A stretch of DNA of 63,529 nucleotides, filler included, from Globobulimina sp. (Eukaryota), in assembly GCA_003354225.1 (NCBI GenBank). It is 11 parts of 11 records of this genome, joined end to end, with 100 filler letters (N's around TTAATTAATTAA, not from the genome) between each part and the next. Parts side by side here need not be neighbours in the genome. Positions count along the whole stretch, not along the records: positions 23,181 to 28,868 come from PIVH01000467.1; positions 28,969 to 34,652 come from PIVH01000468.1; 9 more parts are not named here. One strand, written 5' to 3'. A program made the translations under genes and the position numbers. Shown in pieces: positions 23,181 to 34,752 of the stretch (position 1 is the first letter of the stretch; the number at the start of each line of letters is the position of its first letter). The notes below the pieces were generated by a model. The model made no database searches, had not been told where the DNA came from, and saw only the letters and a program-made list of their open reading frames with translations.

Positions 23181-26100
23181 ACATATATATAGAATTGCAA
23201 TAATGTCAACTGGATACCTCCGATGTTGTGGCAGTGCATTATTTTTAAAACGATTGTATGGAGTAGGTATGCTATGTTTGGCGTATACGTATTCTGTAAT
23301 GTTATGATTTGTTGTGTGAATATAGGTTATACCTTCACCATAAGTTTGGAGATTGACAATGACTCTGAAGTCTCAAAGCCGCAAATCGATTCGATAGTGT
23401 TGCAATCAATCAGAGGCGCATCAGTTATCAGTGCGGCTGGCGGCGAAATTGCGTACAGATTGCCATTCGAAGAAACTGCAGCGTTTCCAAACGTTTTTGA
23501 AGAATTAGATAAAATCAAACAAGAATTACGTATATCAACCTATGGCATCTCAGTCACCACACTCGAGGTAAATGCTATTATATATATATCAATTTGGTAT
23601 ATAATATAAATGACAGCAATAAATATATTTATATGCAAATATCATAGGAAGTATTTTTAAAAATTGGCGAGGAGCATAAAGAAGAAATTGAAGGCGCGGA
23701 CGAAGACGATGACTCTTCCTCGATATCTGCGAGCAATCCATTTGATGGCGATTTAGAGCATCCAGCAATAAAATTACATAAAACACCCTCTCATAAGTAT
23801 GTAGACACTGAGGTTGAAGTTGAGGTTGACAGTGATGACGAAGTGGTGGCAGAGTTAGAAAGAACTAGATCGACACCGATAGAGCTGCAGGAAGACAAAA
23901 TTAAAAAGTCATTAAAAAGACATAAATCAGATTATGAAAAAATTGGTGAAATATTCCCGCAGCCAACGTTTCAATTAAAAGATCAGTCTGAAATAGAAAT
24001 ATTTTTTGAACATTTTTTCGCCATTTTATATCGACGTTGGTTTTGGGGTATTCGCGACTTTCGCGCTTTGTGCTGTCAAATTTTAATACCGGGCTGGTTT
24101 GCTGCGATCGGTTTAGTTATTTTAAAATTGACGCAAGCTGTAAATAATCCGAATTTGGTGCTGAGCACTGATCAATTTTATGGCTCGGATGCGGGCTTAA
24201 ATAATTATATTGTGCCCATGACCAATATCACAGAGTATGATGTAAACAGCCCAATTGCAGTGGGTTCCGCGTGGATGGACACTTACGACCAATATTTTGC
24301 TGCGGACAGTGGCCAGATTGAGTATATTTCATTTGATGGCAATTCATTGTATGATTATACCCCATTTCAAGACTGGTTGTTAGCTCACTATGATACTGAT
24401 GATAAATATCATTACAATGCATTTTGGACAAGCGGAGGATTTATAAATCCATTTAGTGGGCAAGTATTGCCTATAAATAACACCATTCAATCTGGCATTA
24501 ATTTGACCGCTGTACACATACTGCCCATTGTGTACAACCTCGTCGATAACTGGATATTGAAAGAATTGGTGAACAGTGAGGCCTCTATTGAGGTGTCCTC
24601 GTATCCATTGCCAGTCACATCGAATGAAAAAGCCATATCAGATACGTTTGGCGGCATAATGGCCTCCATTTACTTGATGATTGCCTTTGCATTCATCCCC
24701 GTGGGTGCTATCTACAACATTGTTTTGGATAAAACCAAATTGACTAAACACCAACAATTAGTTTCTGGCATCTCCTTTATCTCGTATTGGGTCGGCAACT
24801 TTGTGGCGGATTTCATCGCAGCAATCCCGGCCATGCTGATTGTGTTCATTCTGATTCATGCGTTCAATGTGGATGTATACTTAGGCGCAGCTCAGGGACC
24901 ATTCTTGTTGATACTGATCGTATTTACATTATCCATCTTGCCCTTCACTTACATACTAAGCTATTTATTCACGGCGGCAGACAAAGCGCAGACGGTGGTG
25001 GGTACCATCTATTTAATATTGGGCATGGTGCTGTTGATTGTGTCCTTTGTGATGGATCTCGTCAACGATAACACCAAAGAGATCAACGACCACTTATCTT
25101 ATATCTATCGCATATTCCCTACTTTTTTAATGGCGGACGGATTGTTCAATGTGGCGGTCAAAACATTAGCCTTTCCAGACAATGGCTACTTTGATTGGGA
25201 GATCACCGGCAGAGATTTGACGTTGATGGGCGTGGAAACTGTCGGCTATTTTCTGGTGGTCTTATTGATCGAATATGTGTTGGCTTCACCAAATATATTG
25301 TCTGCAATGGGGTTTATCACCAATGTGGATGAGGAGTTCAACGAGGAGCTGGATGACGATGTCCAGAAAGAGATTGATAGAATCAAACAGCAGTTGGAAT
25401 TTGGCGGCAATGGCATATCGTCGGCACAGTCTTTAAATTACGGTCAAAGTGAGGACGGCAAAGATGAGATAAAAGCGTTTGATGACACTGTGCTGTTGGC
25501 GGGCTTACGGAAAGTGTACGCGGGCTCAAATGGAGCAGCTCCAAATGTGGCTGTACGCGACGTATATTTAGGGATCCCGCAAGGCCAAGTTTTCGGCTAT
25601 CTGGGCGTGAATGGTGCGGGAAAGACGACGACTTTGGCCTGTTTGACCGGGGAACGCTTTAAGTCGTCGGGTGCCGCCTATATCCACGGCATCGATATAA
25701 GCAATCAGATGGCGTGCCGCCGCTACATTGGATACTGTCCGCAGGACAATGCCTTGTTTGATTTGTTGACTGGAAAGGAACATCTCAAGTTTTACGGCAT
25801 GTTGAAGGGACTGCGGGGGCCGGCCTTGAAGGATCAGGTTAGTTTGTTGCTGAAAGTGCTGTCGTTGACGAAATATAGGAACCGGAAAGCTGGCACTTAT
25901 TCTGGCGGCAATAAGCGCAAATTGTCGGTGGCGATCAGTATGATTGGAAACCCGCCGGTGGTCTTTTTGGATGAGCCGTCGACTGGAATGGACCCCATGG
26001 CGCGGAGACATATGTGGGAATTCATAAGGGAAACCATGCAGGGAAGATGTGTGTTGCTGACCACGCATTCCATGGAGGAGTGCGAGGCGCTGTGCCATCG

Positions 26101-26488
26101 CTTGGGCATTATGGTGAAAGGACAGTTGAGGTGTTTGGGGACGCCGCAACATTTGAAATCTAAATTTGGTGCGGGGTATCAATTGGATTTGACATTGGAC
26201 AGTGATGATGAAAAAACATTTGTTAATGTGCAGCAAGAGTTGAATACGAGTTTTGATTTGAGGCTCATTGAAAGAAACCAATCCAAGATTACATTTGAAT
26301 TAATTAATGAGGACCGAGATATTGGAGAGTTGAACCAGGAGAAACCGGCGACGTTGGCACAGATGTTTCGAAGATTGGAAAAGTTTAAGCAAAAATTGCC
26401 CATTGTTTCGTACGCATTAAATCAAACCACGTTGGAACAAATATTCATTAGAATGGCCAAAAAACATGATGCAATATCGGAATTTTAA
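23181..26488 (+). CDS. ABC transporter subfamily A, C-terminal half (5' truncated, introns)
   Basis: YGISVTTLE, KHQQLVSG..YW, Walker A GVNGAGKTT, YSGGNKRKLS, FLDEPSTGMDP, TTHSMEECEALC, TTLEQIF. Confidence 0.95.
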
Positions 26489-26584
26489 TCTTTTTTTTCT
26501 TTTTTAATTTGTCGATATTTCTTCTTAAATAATATTTTTTAATTATAACGAGGGGGTTATTAACTATCATCAAATTCTTTTTGT

Positions 26585-27583
26585 TTAGATCCACTCAATC
26601 TTTAAAATTGTACAAATACCAACCAACAAGCAAACAGAGGATATAATAAGAGCCCAAATGATTGCTGCACCAACACTAAATACAAACGGTGCTGCTCCCC
26701 TTGATACATCTGAACAATCATCACAATAACATCCAGTGCAAATATCATTTGTATATTTAATATAACATTCCCGTGCATCTCCAATATCAAAGTCGCCCCA
26801 TGCTTCACAATCTGCATAGTCATTAGAGTCATCATAGTAACACGAATCTGTTGCATTGAGCTCACATTCCTTTGCTACCATTTTGTATTTGTAATAAGTT
26901 CCATCCAATCCAACAATCTTGTTTTTCAATATCAATTACTCACAATCTCCTTCGTCATAGGAATAGATATCCAATGTGGGATAATAACCAATATAAATTC
27001 CAGCGACTACACTAATAACCACACAACAAAGTAATACCCAACATATCAAATATACGCATTGTTGTGATAACCGTGGCCGTTGTTTTATTTTTTTGCCTTT
27101 GCCTTGATAGTGACACCTTGATTTTTTGTAGTACCTTGATTGTCGTTTGTAATTATCATTTATGTTTCGTATATTTTGGCCATGGCCTAATTCTATACAG
27201 GACTGTTGTGCGAATGATGCGTTTTGAGGAATTAAAGGCAAGTTACACAACTCACTCACAGTGCCTGCATTGACATGATTCGTTTGGTTTTGTTGTTGTT
27301 GTCGGTTCTGTGAATTCTGTTTTTTAAATAATTCTACAAAATTTGATATATTCTTGTTTTATGCCGCTGCTTCAGGCTTGTATTCGTTTAATGGCTTTCT
27401 GCAAAGTGGACATGAATGCGCCTGCTGCTGACTTGCAAAAGCATCACATAATGCTTTACGACTGAATGTTCTGCCACAACATGGCACTGATATTGGGTCA
27501 TCAAACAGCTCGAAAGTGATTGGACACGTTAATTCCTCCTCCATCGAAAAACTTTTTCTTTTTAGTATCTTTTCTTCACTCAT
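26585..27583 (-). pseudogene. RING/U-box-like finger plus two TM helices flanking a Cys-rich loop; one frame with two internal TAA codons
   Basis: ORFs 27359-27634, 26936-27259 and 26585-26935 share a frame. LTCPITFELFDDPISVPCCGRTFS...CPLCR; TAA at 27359-27361 and 26936-26938. Confidence 0.65.
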
Positions 27584-27601
27584 TAGTATCTTTTCTTCAC
27601 T

Positions 27602-28770
27602 ATGACTACATCTTATAATCCAGATTATGACCAACCGCCACCACCATTTACTCCACTTTCACAAGACTCAGATCCCTATGATATTGATGCAAACCCCTAT
27701 GATAATGACGATGAATTAGATGATGAATTAGATGGCGAATTAGATGAAGTATTAGATGATGAAGAGAAGCAACAACGACTCGATAATGGAGAGATAGACG
27801 CAGCCTTCACAGACTTAGATCCATTACAAGCACATAACCATATTGATATTAATATGAATCCTTTTACAATTGAATCACAGTCAGTATCTGCTCCAAATCA
27901 TCGTCTTCATCATATCAATAATCATAACCATCGTCATTCACTAACCTCATCCTCCTCATCAACACTTAATATTTCATCAACCTCTACATCCTCCACAATG
28001 TCAGTTACATCGCCAAACCGCGATCGCACAGCAAATCATAGAACACACAGTACAAAGAAAAGGAAATCCAAATACAATATAAGCACCGTAGAGCGCATCA
28101 TCAGTATCACTCCAACCTGTTATTTAAAACCAAAATGTTTTTTTGTAGCGTGGAATTCGGTGATTACGTTGGTTTTTAATGGCTGGCCGGAGCCCATTGC
28201 GACTATGAAGAAAGAATTGGCGTCTTCGTGTACAGTATGTAAGGAAATGTTTGGTTCCAAGTTCCCCAAAATAACCTTAGGCTGCGTCAAGGATGGAATT
28301 GAAATGACACCCAAACTGTTGGCAAAAGTCAGGAGATTATGCGAGAAATGTCCGGTTCCAAAGGACTATGTCTTATGTATTGATTCATTGAATGTTGTTT
28401 TGTGGGAAAATAGATGTCAAGAAAGTATTATTTATGAGAAGATAATCCCTACCAAAAAGAACCACGTTTAGTTATATTATTTATATTTATATTTATGTTT
28501 AATTTGTTGTATGCTTTAATCAATAAATAGAAATTTCTGGGCTCTCCGGGGCCATTATTGTTAAACATGGAGGACCAGAATGATTCGCCATATCTTCGAA
28601 GTGCAAATAGAACCTCTCATTATAGATCGCTTGTGATTGGCTCGAGTATTGTCCATCGCTTAGTGCATGTCCCCAAATTCATTACCGATTTCCAAGCTAA
28701 ATTACCAAGAGAAATTTATGACGTATTTGGTAAGGAATCGCTTCATGTAACTATAAGATCATTGTGTTGA
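27602..28770 (+). CDS. Acidic/low-complexity N-terminus plus 2H-phosphoesterase-like domain (intron 28466-28530)
   Basis: VAWNSVITLVFNGWP...GSKFPKITLG...SLHVTI; the intron joins the two ORFs in frame. Confidence 0.55.
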
Positions 28771-28868
28771 ATTATTACATATTCTATAGCTATATTCTTA
28801 TTTTTTTGCTTGTTTTTTACTTCAATTTATTTATCCTTGCACAAAGGTTGAACATATAGTAAGTTTTA

Positions 28869-28968
28869 NNNNNNNNNNNNNNNNNNNNNNNNNNNNNNNN
28901 NNNNNNNNNNNNTTAATTAATTAANNNNNNNNNNNNNNNNNNNNNNNNNNNNNNNNNNNNNNNNNNNN
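28869..28968. other. Artificial contig linker
   Basis: N44-TTAATTAATTAA-N44. Confidence 0.99.
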
Positions 28969-30502
28969 AGTAGATTTAGAGGAAGTATTCAATGGAACAC
29001 AAGAAAATGTGTTACAAAACACAACTGTATCCAATTTATGCGGATTATTAAACCAATTAAATAAGATCAGTCTGCATGCATCTGTCATATTTACCGATGT
29101 ATTACAAACAACCACAAACACGAGTAATCGTATAAAAATCGCACGAAAACGTCTACACAATTTAGAATCCAAACTACCATCCGTCGAACAAATGTTTATA
29201 CACAATGCACCGTCGTATTTCTACGATAATCCTTATAGCGTCAAGGAATACCTTCGAAATGATCCATTAAATGGATTATTATTTTCACGCGAAGATGCGG
29301 ACAATGTTGTAAATCAACGACGAAATACAGCCAGACCACCCACTGATTTATCACAATTAGATAACATATCCATTGCCGCGGGGCGTGGAGAATGCATTAA
29401 ACAGTTTACAGATTCTGATTTTTTCATAAATGAATGGTTAGAAAACGAGAAACGAAAACGAGAGGAAAGGCGCCAGCAACGACGTAAAGATCGAGCGAAC
29501 CGCAAAAAGGAACGAGTCAAACGCAAACAAACTAAAAAAATACAAAAATTAAAGCGAAAACATTGGGATAAACAAGGCAATTTAATCGAAAATGAGGACG
29601 AACCCACGGAAATTGCAGTAAATCAACAATATCAATTAACAGATGATACCAATCGTAATTTCGATGCGATTCTAAGTTAATTAACGTTTTTGTATAAAGT
29701 GTTTTTAATCCGCGCAAATTCGCAAACATATATATTAATATTACACATTGCATGATACACAGAAAAGAAAGGAAACAAAGCAAAACATGGCAAAAAGAAA
29801 CAAATTGTGGAGCAAAAAGAAGAAAAACAGCCTCCGCCGCGTACAAAAATAAAGCATGTACATAAGCCACCGCCATTTGTGCCGCATGGACCGCCACCAT
29901 TTAATCCATTGCGTATGCAACAAGACACAGGGTCAGAATCGAAGGACTCTGACGGTAAACAACCACCGCCGGTGCCACACGCAATGATGCCGACACCGTC
30001 ACAATCAATTTCTGAACGGTCGCAAGCAAAATTGCGGGGACTATCTGCAGAGATACCAATGGGTGACATATCATATGAGATAGCGGATGATGCACTATCT
30101 CCGGCTGAGATATATGCGAAAAATTATCAGAAACGAGATTTGGACAATGAACAATTAGATTTAACCTCGGCAAGTAATATTATTGCTACATCACCGATGG
30201 AGGTACGGCCAGTTGCGCCGAGGTTAGGTTTTTTGGGTGATATTGCGGGATTTAATAAGAAGGGCAAATTGAAGAGAACCGAGATCAATGTGAATAGACA
30301 TAAGCCAAAGGATAAAAGGACGAATCTGTTGGATCAGCTGAAGAATAATGTGGTGCATTTGAGTTCGGTGAATTTGAGGAAAGTTCAGCCGAAAAAAGAA
30401 GAGAAAAAGAATTTGATCTTTGAAGCGATGAAGGATAGGCGAAGACATATGGAGGATTCGAGCGAAGAGGATGAGTCCGATTGGGGTTCTGATTCTCAAT
30501 AA
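28969..30502 (+). CDS. SCAR/WAVE-family Arp2/3 activator (5' truncated; intron 29676-29762)
   Basis: WAVE homology domain (LLNQLNKISLHASVIF...FTDSDFFINEW), basic region, Pro-rich segments, two WH2-like motifs (FLGDIAGF..KLKRT; LLDQLK...LRKV) and acidic tail with Trp (EEDESDW). Confidence 0.85.
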
Positions 30503-30732
30503 ACATATTTTTAAGTTTCAACACAACAAAATGTAAAGTGTTCTTTCATTTTTGTTATTTTTTTTTTGTTTGTGGTGTGATTATATAACTATGTACGTTG
30601 TAAATTATGACATTTTGAATTTACTGGGAAAACTTAGTTGAAAAACAGTTTCAAATTCTATCCAAATTTATTGATATCGTCAGATCTGACATAATCAATT
30701 GAACAAAGTAATTTTTAGGTTCACACTTCTAA

Positions 30733-30816
30733 ACTAAGTTTTTTAAAGCTTTTTGCACCTGATTTAGGGGCAGCGCCCCGCTCGCCGACCCTGCAAAAAA
30801 GTTTAAAAAACTTAGT
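30733..30816. repeat. 84-bp palindromic element: 25-bp AT-rich inverted arms around a GGGGC-AGC-GCCCC hairpin
   Basis: ACTAAGTTTTTTAAAGCTTTTTGCA ... TGCAAAAAAGTTTAAAAAACTTAGT. Confidence 0.8.
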
Positions 30817-30885
30817 CAATCACAAAAGTAGTCATTGCTGATAATTATGCTGTGCTTATGGGGGTATAATAACTATAATTATGTT

Positions 30886-32700
30886 TTAGTGGTGTTCTGA
30901 TATTGATTCATAAAACAACATATCAACATTAGCAATGTTATTTGCCATCTCATACAACAGCATATCCAATTTATTTTTATTCCGTAACAGTTCCTTCTCT
31001 TCTTTGCCCAATGCAACTTCAATATTCTTACTATTTATCCATTCCATGCGTGATGTCAGTGTCAGTGTCACTGGCTGCGACTGCGAGTAATGACTTCCTT
31101 TATTTGCATGCAACCAATATTTCACTGCGCTTCTATTTCCATGTTTACTCTCAATAATATTAAACAAATACTGCCACACTGAATGATTAAAACTATCCTC
31201 AAATGGCAGAATATAATCAATATTCATCATCAAAAACACGGAGTTCACAAAATCAGCAATACCAATCTCATCATTCCTTGCATAAAAAGCATCATAGGTT
31301 ACAGCTATCTCATTTTCAGAATGATTATATCCAAAAGAACGAGTATACAAATTAGTAATCCATCCCTTCATAAAATCAAAATTAAATTTCTCAATTCTCT
31401 GTCCAGCCCAACTCCAATTCATTGCCACCTTAAACGCAAATTTATTATATCTATCACTACCGAACCAATACAATTTGTATGTTCCCGGTTCGCGGCCACA
31501 ATGAAAACCGTCAATATCATGATACTTTGCCGTTAAATTTATTTTCGTCAAAACATCCTCAGCCAATTCATTCATATACAAATTCTCGAAAAATCCATTC
31601 AAATCACTTGCCAGATACGGTGGAGTATATATTATATGCTGTCCAGTTTCAGCATCAATCACATCAAATATTTTCATAGTACAAACTTGAGGCGGATGCA
31701 AAATGGATTTATGATAAAACTCACCAATAAGCATAATATAGTGCTCAATGCAGTTTTTAATTTGCCTTTCAGTCGCATCCTTTGCTAAAATGGTTCTCCG
31801 CACAACAAAATCAGTCGGCTGTCTTTGTTGTTGTGTAATCCGTTGATCCAAGAAACTGTATATCCTTTTTAACGGCTGTCGGAATGGCAATATATATACA
31901 AACTGATCGCATAATGTTGGTATGGCTGATAGTCGATGTCCATGCATATTGCGTTCATATGCTAGTAATTCCAGTCTTTTTTCATTTGCTTCCTTCAAAT
32001 ATTGTTGGCAAGACACTGAGCCCCAATCCGGTGACTTGAAGGCAGAATTAGTACGTCGAATGTTACAATTTTGAATCTCTGGTTTCGTAGTGTTGAATCC
32101 CAATGCATTGAATGTTCTGCATACTGTTGATCCGCCACTCTTCACCACATGAATGAGGAAATATTTTTTCTCCTGTCTTGATAAGGCATTGTTGATGTTT
32201 TGTTGGCTCTCATTGTGTATCGTATGCAGTGTTTGTAGGATGTTATGCAGCATTTTGTTGGAGTTTATGTTGCGTGCGTTGGTGATTAACATTATGTATC
32301 GACGCAATGAAACGTAATCTCTGTGGGTAAGGTTTTGCGTAATTGTTATTGTATTGGTGAGCTGCAGGAAGTGCTCTATATTGTATGATGAAATGTTGTC
32401 TCTGTAAATATTGCATTCGTTTTGGATTCTGATGGTTGATATATTTAATGATGAGAGGAATTTTGGATATAATATATAATGATAAAATAAACATTTCCAT
32501 AACAATTGTAGGTTGATGTTAGTGCTGAGTGGTTGTTGTTGTATTGCATTGGTGATTGGTAGCCACATATCATTATTTTCGGTGAATATTTGGTTAGAAA
32601 ACTTGGATTCATGAAAATAGATCAAAATGGTAATTAGAAACACAATAATGGAGAATATTAAAATACGTTTCAAAGTGACGGTATTGTTGTTAAAGGCCAT
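30886..32700 (-). CDS. Type II membrane sulfotransferase-like protein
   Basis: N-terminal TM; 5'-PSB-like FLIHVVKSGGSTV; 3'-PB-like PFRQPLKRIYS; C-terminal NKLDMLLY. Confidence 0.7.
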   Translation of the reverse strand: MAFNNNTVTLKRILIFSIIVFLITILIYFHESKFSNQIFTENNDMWLPITNAIQQQPLSTNINLQLLWKCLFYHYILYPKFLSSLNISTIRIQNECNIYRDNISSYNIEHFLQLTNTITITQNLTHRDYVSLRRYIMLITNARNINSNKMLHNILQTLHTIHNESQQNINNALSRQEKKYFLIHVVKSGGSTVCRTFNALGFNTTKPEIQNCNIRRTNSAFKSPDWGSVSCQQYLKEANEKRLELLAYERNMHGHRLSAIPTLCDQFVYILPFRQPLKRIYSFLDQRITQQQRQPTDFVVRRTILAKDATERQIKNCIEHYIMLIGEFYHKSILHPPQVCTMKIFDVIDAETGQHIIYTPPYLASDLNGFFENLYMNELAEDVLTKINLTAKYHDIDGFHCGREPGTYKLYWFGSDRYNKFAFKVAMNWSWAGQRIEKFNFDFMKGWITNLYTRSFGYNHSENEIAVTYDAFYARNDEIGIADFVNSVFLMMNIDYILPFEDSFNHSVWQYLFNIIESKHGNRSAVKYWLHANKGSHYSQSQPVTLTLTSRMEWINSKNIEVALGKEEKELLRNKNKLDMLLYEMANNIANVDMLFYESISEHH

Positions 32701-33377
32701 TATTATTTGAAGCAAAGTTTTCGTCTGTGACAATTAAGAAAATCATGGTTCTCACCTCGCTCATAGACGACAAATAGAAACAATACACCATATGACAACG
32801 ATATCGATATACTGTCAGATAGAAACAGTATTTATGGATTTGCGAATACATGGTATATAGCTCTGAAATTTTGGCAGCAAATCAAAAACCAAACATGATA
32901 TTAACTGCAATGTCAGATGAAAGAAAAAAACAGAAAACAAAGTTAAGAAAGTTAAGAAAGTCAAATTGGTGGAGAAAGGAGAAAAAATAAAACCGAAAAT
33001 GCATAAAATAAGAAAACCAAATTAACAAAGAATGCGAAACCACCAATTTACAGAATCGCAAGAAATCAAAAAGAGAGATTTTGTGGTAAATAAAAATTAC
33101 AAAGATACACAAAATAATGAAATTAAATCAAAAACGTACGGCTGGTCAGATGTGATAGTCTGAAATAAGAAAATATAACTACTTTTATCTCATTTATAAT
33201 TGCTTCATCGTTTCTCTTTTTTTTTATCGTTTCTAATGGCTCCATTTGATTGAATTTGGAACGTGGACGGATTAAAAATATTTAATTCGTTTTTTTAGTG
33301 TTTGTCGTTATTACCATCTGAGGATTTAGAGTACGTGTTGAGTTTTTGCAATTTGTAGTGGAACGTAAATATATATA

Positions 33378-34652
33378 ATGGCAAATTCTGTGAGCTGTTC
33401 AATAGAAACGTCAGGTATCAAATCTGATCCAAACTATATGTAAACACGTTTCATCACAAAATAAACAGAATATTACAAAATTGAAATGTATGAATGCAGC
33501 GTCACATTTACCGCCAAACAACCCGTAAAAAACGATTCAACTGTTCGACAATGGGAAGCTGAGTTGGTTCATCACAAAGATGATAGACTTTCCACTTTGG
33601 CCAAAGTTTCATTTTCCGTGATTCATATTAACAAATTATCAGATTTATCTGTAGCGTACCCTGGTTTATCACAACTAGAACTATTTGATGAATACAGGGA
33701 GTCCTTCTTTCATGATCTATTATATTTAGACAAAGCGGAGGTAATGACTGGTTTTCGTGGTTTCGGATATGGCCGTTGTTTGGTACAACGTATCATTGAT
33801 TGTCATGGCCGATGGCACGATCCTGTAATCATTAAACCGTATCCTTTGCAATGGAAAAACATTGATATCCAATCAAAACATAACAAACAATTCCAAAATG
33901 ATATGCAAAAAATGATCACTGTTTGGGAAGAAATGGGATTTAAACAAATCAAATCAACTTCATATTGGTTACGAAATGAAGAATTCAGACAGCCAAAGAT
34001 GCAAACATTTTGCAAATGTTTCCAGCCATCATCCAAAAAGCAACAAATCAAAATGACAGCGAATGCATCAAATCATATCAATGGAGATACCGATTCAAAA
34101 TCAGAATCCGTGGATGCTGCAGATACTGAATCGAAATCCGTGGATACTGCAATTGATATGGACTCATGTTATGTGCAATTCAGTTCAGAACAAAATGCAA
34201 TCAATAATGTGGCGGAAGAGGATTATACAAGTTTATGGAATGCAGAGTTGATACATGAAACAACAGGACGTGATAACGCAGTGTTAGCTACTGCCAGTTT
34301 TTGGTTTATTAATCTCAAGAGACTGGAGAAGGATTGTTTATATAGTCAGATTTTTGCAGTGTTTGATGCAAAGTGTCAAGAATTATACGATTTGTTCTGC
34401 TCTGTGCTGAATGCAGACAATTACGGTGATGGACCGTTTAAATTACATGAAAATGATCGGCTAACTAATTTTCGAGGACGTTTACCCAAGGAAGTATTGA
34501 CTGACTTGGAGAACAAGGGCACGCTGAAGGAATGGTGTAAGTTGGCTTGTTTTAGTGATGAGATGAATGAAGGTGGAGGAGGTAATGTTGTCTATTTGGA
34601 TCGAGTTAAGGTGAATAAATCATACAATGGGTTTGGATACGGACGGTGTTTG
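33378..34652 (+). CDS. Tandem GNAT-like acetyltransferase-fold protein (intron 33415-33468; 3' truncated)
   Basis: Motif-A-like LYLDKAEVMTGFRGFGYGRCL and VYLDRVKVNKSYNGFGYGRCL; PYPLQ...WEEMGF. Confidence 0.6.
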
Positions 34653-34752
34653 NNNNNNNNNNNNNNNNNNNNNNNNNNNNNNNNNNNNNNNNNNNNTTAA
34701 TTAATTAANNNNNNNNNNNNNNNNNNNNNNNNNNNNNNNNNNNNNNNNNNNN
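34653..34752. other. Artificial contig linker
   Basis: N44-TTAATTAATTAA-N44. Confidence 0.99.

Noticed and set aside
25568-26281. 237-aa antisense ORF (also 40681-41388 and 41497-41868)
   Set aside because: Shadow ORFs opposite GC-richer conserved ABCA and COPA exons; no motifs
26917-26942. 26-nt GTGAGT...AAG mini-intron that would remove the second TAA
   Set aside because: Splicing it shifts the frame into a TGA shortly after and loses the Cys-rich loop and TM helix
26585-27634. Ciliate-type TAA=Gln genetic code
   Set aside because: All other long conserved genes lack internal TAA/TAG, and several end in TAA (ABCA, acyl-CoA synthetase, SNARE)
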